DNA of 52,259 nt from a virus. Lineage: Duplodnaviria; Caudoviricetes. The stretch lies in IMG/VR virus record IMGVR_UViG_3300030106_001108, positions 1-52,259 of that record; one strand, written 5' to 3'. Both the position numbers and the translations under genes were made by a program. Numbering within the stretch: the first letter of the stretch is position 1; each line of letters starts with the position of its first letter. The notes under the pieces are model-generated. The model was given only the letters and a program-made list of their open reading frames with translations. It was not told where the DNA came from and did not search any database. Shown here piece by piece: positions 1 to 6,410 of the stretch.

Positions 1-1
1 A

Positions 2-337
2 TTGTATGCGCAGTATGGCGAGGAGACAGGTGCTAGTTTAGTACTTGAACTTACTGCTGAACAGCGTAATTTACTTAGTCCTGAAGTAGCTAATACTATA
101 CTGGGTGAACACTATAAACTGTGGGAAGATGGCGTAGTTTATTTGCTCATGGACCATGAATACTATTCTGACGTAGCTGGTTTTAAAGTTTTTCAACAGT
201 TTGATCCTACTAGCGGGGGTGTAGAAGAAGCTATAAAGTTTCTTTCTTCCGCCATGGGTATTACTTTTTATACTGTTGACAACCCCTACGCTGGTCTTGA
301 CTATCATCTTAATATGATGAATCAAACAGATGAGTAA
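2..337 (+). CDS. Hypothetical phage protein, probably 5'-truncated at the window edge
   Basis: Open frame from the window start to TAA at 335-337; no recognisable motif. Confidence 0.55.
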   Translation: MYAQYGEETGASLVLELTAEQRNLLSPEVANTILGEHYKLWEDGVVYLLMDHEYYSDVAGFKVFQQFDPTSGGVEEAIKFLSSAMGITFYTVDNPYAGLDYHLNMMNQTDE

Positions 338-433
338 AAGCTGTTACTTATATACTCTGGTGGAAAAAAGAAAAAGCAAAAATTAATTTTCTAGACATTT
401 AGCCAATAGGGTAATAGGGCAACGACCGTGGAG

Positions 434-590
434 CATCTCCACTGGTCCTTTTTTTGGGGTTATTGGCTGGGCTATTACGGGGCTATTACCACCGAACAGG
501 TAATAGGGTTTAAAATGGGTGGTTTATGGTAATAGTTATGCTAAAACATGTATTAGTATTTAGCGAAGCTATAGACATCTCCACTGGTCC
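434..590. repeat. 15-bp direct repeat CATCTCCACTGGTCC (434-448, 576-590) flanking a TAATAG/CTATTA cluster
   Basis: Exact copies read from the sequence. Confidence 0.85.
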
Positions 591-614
591 CTTATAGTAA
601 ACAACTTACGAACC

Positions 615-826
615 ACGGACAAAGACACACGAACAAAAATATATTGACCCGCACAAAGACACATGGTCCATGGTACATGATCCCTAAACCAAAGACATGG
701 CCAATACGATCAATAGTGCACAGATCACGATCTTGATCTCAAAGACAAAGACATCACGATCAGGATCCGCATCCCAAAGACACCGAACCATGGACCATGG
801 CACATGGCATCACGATCATGATCTCT
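615..826. repeat. AAAGACA/GATC/CATG-rich block 1
   Basis: AAAGACA at about 621, 655, 691, 741, 747 and 776, with many GATC and CATG tetramers. Confidence 0.8.
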
Positions 827-838
827 TTATAAACGCAC

Positions 839-862
839 AAAAAAAGGGGGCTTACGCCCCCC
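839..862 (-). terminator. Intrinsic terminator of 869..1096
   Basis: Minus strand GGGGGC-GTAA-GCCCCC followed by T7, just past the stop codon. Confidence 0.85.
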
Positions 863-868
863 AGCCCG

Positions 869-1096
869 TTAGCCTAACACTAAACTTTTGATTTTATTTA
901 AATCGTAGTTTAGGTCAGTTTTACCGTAGCCCAACGTTTTATAGTGAGCTAACGCATTTTCGTAGGACATACCATTAACCGCTTTAGCACGGCTAACGTT
1001 ATGATCTGAACGAGCTTTACCGCTTACGAAAGTAAGCTTACCCTGACCGACTTTAGGGGCGACCGACCCTTTAACAGCTTTATTTAATTTAGCCAT
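869..1096 (-). CDS. Small basic protein (75 aa), paralogue of 1574..1807; probable early gene
   Basis: Shares MAKLN, HN..RAK.V.G..Y.NALA.YK..GYGKTDLNYD with 1574..1807; has its own promoter and terminator. Confidence 0.8.
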   Translation of the reverse strand: MAKLNKAVKGSVAPKVGQGKLTFVSGKARSDHNVSRAKAVNGMSYENALAHYKTLGYGKTDLNYDLNKIKSLVLG

Positions 1097-1162
1097 TTTT
1101 ATTTTACCCAGCGGTTAGTAAGTTAACATTAAGTAGCACCGCTTTACTAACTTAATATACTA

Positions 1163-1191
1163 ATATTAGGTCTGATCGCTAAATAAGTAAA
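1163..1191 (-). promoter_or_regulatory. Sigma70-like promoter TTTACT-17-TAATAT for 869..1096
   Basis: Plus strand AGTAAA 1186-1191 and ATATTA 1163-1168, 17-nt spacer. Confidence 0.6.
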
Positions 1192-1218
1192 GTAAAATAT
1201 TTACTTTTTTTTACTGAT

Positions 1219-1247
1219 TTTACTTTACTTTTTAACGGATTTATAGT
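1219..1247 (+). promoter_or_regulatory. Divergent promoter TTTACT-17-TATAGT
   Basis: TTTACT 1219-1224, TATAGT 1242-1247; mirrored at 1954-1982. Confidence 0.6.
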
Positions 1248-1256
1248 AAGGGAAAA

Positions 1257-1270
1257 AGTAAGTACTTACT
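1257..1270. promoter_or_regulatory. Perfect 14-bp palindrome AGTAAGTACTTACT (operator-like)
   Basis: Identical copies at 1996-2009 and 2041-2054; the operator role is inferred. Confidence 0.65.
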
Positions 1271-1280
1271 ATCACTGAAA

Positions 1281-1406
1281 CGCGAGCAGAGCTCGCGATC
1301 CAGATCGTCGTCGCCTACGGCGACGACACAAAGACATTAAGACAAAGACACAAAGACAAAGACAAAGAACCAAAGACAAGGAACTATGCATCATGATCAC
1401 GATCGC
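1281..1406. repeat. GC hairpins plus AAAGACA/GATC block 2
   Basis: CGCGAGC-AGA-GCTCGCG (1281-1297), GTCGTCGCC-TAC-GGCGACGAC (1307-1327), then tandem AAGACA units to about 1380. Confidence 0.8.
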
Positions 1407-1417
1407 TTTAGGTAAAT

Positions 1418-1443
1418 AAAAAAATCCCCCGTTACCGAGGGAT
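1418..1443 (-). terminator. Intrinsic terminator after the 22-aa ORF
   Basis: Minus strand ATCCCTCG-GTAA-CGGGGGAT followed by T7. Confidence 0.7.
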
Positions 1444-1448
1444 GAGGT

Positions 1449-1517
1449 TTAACTACCTAAGTAACAGATACTTAGAGCTATACCGAACATTACTAGAAAG
1501 TATAATATAATTTCCAT
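1449..1517 (-). CDS. 22-aa hydrophobic peptide MEIILYFLVMFGIALSICYLGS (not in the ORF track)
   Basis: Hand translation; upstream AGGTAGGT resembles the RBS of 1574..1807; followed by a terminator. Confidence 0.55.
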   Translation of the reverse strand: MEIILYFLVMFGIALSICYLGS

Positions 1518-1544
1518 TTTACCTACCTATTTATTAATTAATAT

Positions 1545-1566
1545 AAAGGGGGGCATACGCCCCCCC
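1545..1566 (-). terminator. Terminator-like hairpin after 1574..1807 (short T tract)
   Basis: Minus strand GGGGGGC-GTAT-GCCCCCC-TTTAT. Confidence 0.7.
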
Positions 1567-1573
1567 GCCTAGC

Positions 1574-1807
1574 CTAGCTTACTAGTAACCTACCGCCCCT
1601 AATATCGTAATTAAGGTCAGTTTTACCGTAGCCGATACTTTTATAATACGCTAGGGCGTTAGCGTAGGTATAACCGCCTACTTTTTTAGCCCTATTAATA
1701 TTATGAGACGCCCCGTTTTTATTAACGTAAGTTAATTTAGCGGTAGCGTTAATATTAGCTACGTTTACTTTAACGCTAGGTTTTTTATTACTATTTAATT
1801 TAGCCAT
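1574..1807 (-). CDS. Small basic protein (77 aa), paralogue of 869..1096
   Basis: Shared GYGKTDLNYD and NALA.YK motifs; AGGT RBS; own promoter. Confidence 0.8.
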   Translation of the reverse strand: MAKLNSNKKPSVKVNVANINATAKLTYVNKNGASHNINRAKKVGGYTYANALAYYKSIGYGKTDLNYDIRGGRLLVS

Positions 1808-1864
1808 AATTTTACCTATTTATTAGGGGGCTATTTTTAACGTAAGCCCCTTTAACGTAAGTAT

Positions 1865-1894
1865 ATTATAACCTTATTTAGTAAGTAAAGTAAA
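1865..1894 (-). promoter_or_regulatory. Promoter TTTACT-18-TATAAT for 1574..1807
   Basis: Plus strand AGTAAA 1889-1894 and ATTATA 1865-1870. Confidence 0.6.
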
Positions 1895-1953
1895 GTATTT
1901 ATTTAATTATTTATAAAATAAAGTATATAAAATTTATATACTTTTTTATTTAA

Positions 1954-1982
1954 TTTACTTTACTTTTTACTAAAAATATGAT
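1954..1982 (+). promoter_or_regulatory. Divergent promoter TTTACT-17-TATGAT
   Basis: TTTACT 1954-1959, TATGAT 1977-1982. Confidence 0.6.
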
Positions 1983-1986
1983 ACGT

Positions 1987-2070
1987 AAAAAAGTTAGTAA
2001 GTACTTACTTTTTTCCCTGCGGGGCACACACAAAAAAGTTAGTAAGTACTTACTTTTTTCCCTGCGGGGC
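1987..2070. repeat. Perfect 39-bp direct repeat (1987-2025, 2032-2070), each holding the 14-bp palindrome
   Basis: AAAAAAGTTAGTAAGTACTTACTTTTTTCCCTGCGGGGC twice, with a 6-nt spacer. Confidence 0.95.
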
Positions 2071-2076
2071 TAGTCG

Positions 2077-2170
2077 GCGAGCAGAGCTCGCACACACAGG
2101 CACCAGAGTCGCGACATGATCGCGACAGACGCGACAGACGCGACACATGATCTACGGATCTACTGATCAC
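2077..2170. repeat. GCGAGCAGAGCTCGC hairpin plus CGCGACA/GATC block 3
   Basis: 15-mer identical to 1282-1296; repeated CGCGACA and GATC. Confidence 0.8.
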
Positions 2171-2244
2171 CCCCCTCCCCCCTTATGAGAGTACGACAGT
2201 GACAAAAGCTCTAGCTAAGATTTAAGCACTCATAACAGTAAAAC

Positions 2245-2272
2245 TTTACTTTTCGACTCAGTAGGCTAGAAT
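2245..2272 (+). promoter_or_regulatory. Candidate promoter TTTACT-16-TAGAAT upstream of the morphogenesis genes
   Basis: Same -35 hexamer as the other promoters. Confidence 0.45.
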
Positions 2273-2314
2273 TAGGGACTCCTACTAAAAATTTTTTGCA
2301 AAATTTGCAGGGCT

Positions 2315-2662
2315 ATGAGAGAATACTTTGAATACATAAAACCCGTATGTCCGTACTCACTAGAGTCATACGATAATAACAAACTACTAGTATTAGACTA
2401 TGATCCACGTTCCTTAGAGCATTACTATAATATTATAGACCGTTATGATGCTATTTTATTTAAGTGTCACCCCTCAACCGATCGCGACTGCCTTATATCC
2501 ATAGTCGAGGATCTAGCCGACGAACGCCCATGTGCCATGTGGTTTTGGTCACATCCCGACGACAAACATTATTCTACTCCTATGCCTAGTATAATTATGC
2601 AGAATAAAGTAAACTTAAAAAAAGCTCGTAAGGAATATTTCAAAAAATTAAATGGAAAATAA
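2315..2662 (+). CDS. Hypothetical protein (CPY...HPD motifs, weakly DUF1415-like)
   Basis: 115-aa ORF overlapping the next gene; family call tentative. Confidence 0.6.
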   Translation: MREYFEYIKPVCPYSLESYDNNKLLVLDYDPRSLEHYYNIIDRYDAILFKCHPSTDRDCLISIVEDLADERPCAMWFWSHPDDKHYSTPMPSIIMQNKVNLKKARKEYFKKLNGK

Positions 2663-4904
2663 ATATAAACCTTTAGGTTATCAAGATTTACTAGATCGGT
2701 TAGAGTATAAAGAAATGTTGGAACGCATGAGCTCAACCACGGACCCTGAGTTTGCTAGACCACCAACGAGAATGGGGGATATTTATCCTAGGGAACCTGG
2801 ACCTACAGAAAAGTTTGGCAACCTTATTGGTAAAGGTTTATTAAAACTGCCTTACGTATTTGAAGATGAACGCTCAGCTATGTCAACTGGACAAGACACA
2901 GCTAATGTATTAGCTTTTACCCCTGGAATAGGAAACGTACTCGGTTACCTTGAAGGACAAAAAATGACTGATGAGGGCAGTCCTTTATTAGGTAGCGTTA
3001 TAACAGGGCTTTCAGCTGGTTTTGGACCAGTGGCTAAAGGATCAGGGTCAATACCTACGCCTCCAGTAAAAGCCTCCCCTACACCTAAAGGTTTAGAACA
3101 CAAAGTACTGCACACCGCTGACCGTCCTAAAGAAATAAAAAATGCGGCAAAATGGGACGCTGAATCACAAGCTGAAGATACAACAGAAGTCTTAGATATT
3201 TTCACTGGAGCAAGTCCATACATAAACCGTAAAGGTTTAATGCCTTTAAGGTACGGGGACAATGATACACAAATGACTAGCCAAATAGCTTTATTTGAAT
3301 CAGATTTATATACGCCTAAAAATAGAAATAAATTATTCCCTATAGAAAACATATTTCAAGCTATGAGGCGTTATGGGGTAACGGGTAAAGGTAGCGTAAA
3401 CCAAAACGTAAAAAGACAAATAGAAGATTTTATATCTCCTGAATTTATAGCTAACAACCCTAAAGCAACCCCAGCTTCAGTGATGCAGGAACTACAGAAA
3501 AATGCACCTAAAATACACGAAACACATGCATATTACAATCCTCAAAGTACAATGGGAGAATATGACCCAAGAGGTGATTCACTAGGTTATTCGCAGCAAA
3601 CAACTAGAAGACCACGTAACGACCTTGATGATCCTACTCTCACACCCGAGGAGTCTGTAGAACAAACGGATTATGCTTACGGTGAGCGTGCATTTAGTAT
3701 GTTTGATGACGGACGTATTTACGGTAAAAAACCCACCCTTGATGAGCCTGAACCTAAAGTAAGTTTTGTTACAGGTGAATATCACGGTGATGTAGCAAGA
3801 GGCAGGTTAGATATACACGGAACAAAACAATCTGGTGGCGAAAATAGATATATGCACTCAAGATATACACTAGAAGATATAGGTGATGACGCTAACGTAT
3901 ATGTAAAACAAGAATCTCAAAGTGACGCTTATAGTTTAAGTAGAGATCAAGACGCGATAGCTGCGAGGGTATCAGGTAATAAAGACGGTGTAGGTATGAG
4001 CGATATGGAGAGTATCCAGTATGAATATTCTTATCCTGTTCTTGAAGGGGACGAAGTTTTATTCGATAGAATAAAAAGTGGAGATTTTACAGCGGTAGGT
4101 CAACTGTTAAAATCTAGAGACCACACAAGTGGCTCTGGAGCTACATTATACAATTATTTAAAAAATACTGGTAAACTTGACGATTTCAATAATGAATTTG
4201 GTATGTTATTAAAAGTCAATAGTGATGAACTAGATGAAGCAAAACGTATTTTAAGGGCTAAAAATGAAGGAGACCCTGGATACTACCAAGCTTTGGACGA
4301 TTTTAATGAAATTACTGATAGAAACAGACAACAAGAACTTAGATTATTAACTAAATACAGTAAAGAATTAGAAAAAAATATAAAAACTTTAAACTTACCC
4401 AGAAGCGCAGACTGGTTCACTGACGATTTTAAATTAGATTTACAAACTGCGGTAAAAAATGATTCACCGTACGCATTATTTCCTATAAATGCTAGAGCGT
4501 TAGCCCCTCCTTCTGGTAACACACAAGTAATACCACCTAAATTGGTTCCTTTTACAATAAGAAAATTCAAAGATAAAAAGAACGTTAGGCTCGACTTTGA
4601 CGAAGATGGTAAATTTTTAGGTGTATCACAAAACATAGACGGAAAATTTAGAAGAGTATTATTCGCTGAACCTAACCCTACTGATGTTAATCGAGCTCGT
4701 AGCTATACTGATTTATATAAAAGAGCTATAAAACAAACCGAACAAGACTATGGAGTAAAACTTAACCCTACTAAGTACACTGACGAGTTCGATCAAGAGT
4801 ATTTAAAAATAATACTCACCCCAGAATTAAAATCATCTTTTCAAACGTTTAGAATGAAAGATGGTGGAGCAGCAAGCATACTGCCTTTAAAATATGGATT
4901 CTAA
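2652..4904 (+). CDS. Large hypothetical protein, possibly virion-internal
   Basis: 750 aa; Gly-rich hydrophobic segment near the N-terminus; C-terminal MKDGG...LKY motif shared with 35041..37269. Confidence 0.75.
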   Translation: MENKYKPLGYQDLLDRLEYKEMLERMSSTTDPEFARPPTRMGDIYPREPGPTEKFGNLIGKGLLKLPYVFEDERSAMSTGQDTANVLAFTPGIGNVLGYLEGQKMTDEGSPLLGSVITGLSAGFGPVAKGSGSIPTPPVKASPTPKGLEHKVLHTADRPKEIKNAAKWDAESQAEDTTEVLDIFTGASPYINRKGLMPLRYGDNDTQMTSQIALFESDLYTPKNRNKLFPIENIFQAMRRYGVTGKGSVNQNVKRQIEDFISPEFIANNPKATPASVMQELQKNAPKIHETHAYYNPQSTMGEYDPRGDSLGYSQQTTRRPRNDLDDPTLTPEESVEQTDYAYGERAFSMFDDGRIYGKKPTLDEPEPKVSFVTGEYHGDVARGRLDIHGTKQSGGENRYMHSRYTLEDIGDDANVYVKQESQSDAYSLSRDQDAIAARVSGNKDGVGMSDMESIQYEYSYPVLEGDEVLFDRIKSGDFTAVGQLLKSRDHTSGSGATLYNYLKNTGKLDDFNNEFGMLLKVNSDELDEAKRILRAKNEGDPGYYQALDDFNEITDRNRQQELRLLTKYSKELEKNIKTLNLPRSADWFTDDFKLDLQTAVKNDSPYALFPINARALAPPSGNTQVIPPKLVPFTIRKFKDKKNVRLDFDEDGKFLGVSQNIDGKFRRVLFAEPNPTDVNRARSYTDLYKRAIKQTEQDYGVKLNPTKYTDEFDQEYLKIILTPELKSSFQTFRMKDGGAASILPLKYGF

Positions 4905-6408
4905 TCTAAAAGATTTACCTGAATCAATACTACGTGAACACCTTGAACTAACCGAAAGGTTAGAACAACTTGAAAAAGTAGAACGTTGTCAAACTGGTTT
5001 TATGGATTTTGTAAAAGACCAGTGGCCACAGTTCATAGCTGGTGCACATCACAAAAAAATGGCTGACGCTTTTGACCGTATAGCAACAGGTAAAATAAAA
5101 CGACTCATTATTAATATGCCTCCACGTCATACTAAAAGTGAGTTTGCTAGTCATTACTTTCCCGCTTATTTAGTAGGACGTAACCCAAACTTAAAAATAC
5201 TACAAGCTACACACACCGCAGATTTAGCAGTAAAGTTTGGACGTAAAATTAGGGACTTGATGTTAACGGATGATTATCAAAACGTATTCCCTGATGTACT
5301 TATAAACCCAGACTCAAAAGCAGCAGGTAAATGGGAAACTCAAGATAAACGTAACCCTAAACTAAAAGGTGAATATTATGCTGCTGGTGTGGGCGGTGCA
5401 CTAGCGGGTAGAGGTGCGGACTTATTTATTATTGACGACCCACACAGTGAACAAGATGCCATGAATCCTAAAAGCATGGATGACACGTACGACTGGTACA
5501 CTAGCGGACCGCGTCAAAGGTTACAGCCAGGAGGGGCTATAGTAATAGTGATGACCCGCTGGAATATTAACGACCTCACGGGTAGATTACTTAGAGACGC
5601 AGCACGTGACCCTAAAGCTGACCAGTGGGAAGTTATAGAACTACCCGCTATACTGCCTAGTGGTAAGCCCTTATGGCCAGAGTATTGGTCATTAGAAGAA
5701 ATAGAAAGTGTAAAAGCTAGTTTACGTGGTGGACCAAAATGGCACGCACAATACATGCAGAATCCTACCAGTGAAGAAGGAGCATTAATAAAACGTGAGT
5801 GGTGGATGGAGTGGAAAAAAGAAAAGCCACCAGTGTGTGATTATTTAATACAAAGTTATGACACAGCGTTTTTAAAAAGTTCTAGTGCGGACTACTCAGC
5901 TATTACTACGTGGGGAGTTTTTTACCCAGAGGGAACTATAGGCGATGAAATATACGACGGTACAGTAGCACACATAATTTTACTAGACTGTATAAAAGGT
6001 AAATATTCATTCCCTGAATTAAAAGGCGTAGCCCTAGAACAGTATCATGAGTGGACACCTGACACAGTAATTATAGAGAGTAAAGCTAGTGGCATACCGC
6101 TTACACAAGAATTACGCAATATAGGAATACCCGTACAAAACTTTACACCCAGTAAAGGAAATGATAAGATTGCTAGAGTTAACGCTAGTACACCTTTGTT
6201 TGAGTCAGGTCTAGTATGGGCACCTGACACTAAATGGGCTAACGAGGTTATTGAGGAGTGTGCGATTTTTCCTGCTGGAGAAAACGATGACTTAGTCGAC
6301 TCTACTACTCAAGCCATGTTACGTTTTAGACAAGGTGGGTTTGTAAAATTACCTAGCGATTGGGAAGAAGATGAACTATACTACAAACGTAAAGTAAGTT
6401 ATTATTAA
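4894..6408 (+). CDS. terL: Terminase large subunit
   Basis: Walker A-like MPPRHTKS, Walker B IIDDP, coupling motif MTRW, nuclease motifs SYDTA and DDLVDSTTQA. Confidence 0.97.
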   Translation: MDSNLKDLPESILREHLELTERLEQLEKVERCQTGFMDFVKDQWPQFIAGAHHKKMADAFDRIATGKIKRLIINMPPRHTKSEFASHYFPAYLVGRNPNLKILQATHTADLAVKFGRKIRDLMLTDDYQNVFPDVLINPDSKAAGKWETQDKRNPKLKGEYYAAGVGGALAGRGADLFIIDDPHSEQDAMNPKSMDDTYDWYTSGPRQRLQPGGAIVIVMTRWNINDLTGRLLRDAARDPKADQWEVIELPAILPSGKPLWPEYWSLEEIESVKASLRGGPKWHAQYMQNPTSEEGALIKREWWMEWKKEKPPVCDYLIQSYDTAFLKSSSADYSAITTWGVFYPEGTIGDEIYDGTVAHIILLDCIKGKYSFPELKGVALEQYHEWTPDTVIIESKASGIPLTQELRNIGIPVQNFTPSKGNDKIARVNASTPLFESGLVWAPDTKWANEVIEECAIFPAGENDDLVDSTTQAMLRFRQGGFVKLPSDWEEDELYYKRKVSYY

Positions 6409-6410
6409 CC

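Noticed and set aside
697-891. 64-aa plus-strand ORF
   Set aside because: It runs through the repeat block and a minus-strand terminator, has no RBS, and its composition simply mirrors the repeats.
1987-2070. 39-bp palindromic direct repeat as a mini CRISPR array
   Set aside because: Only two copies with a 6-nt spacer, and no cas operon. The Cas4-like nuclease at 48487 is a common solo phage replication nuclease.
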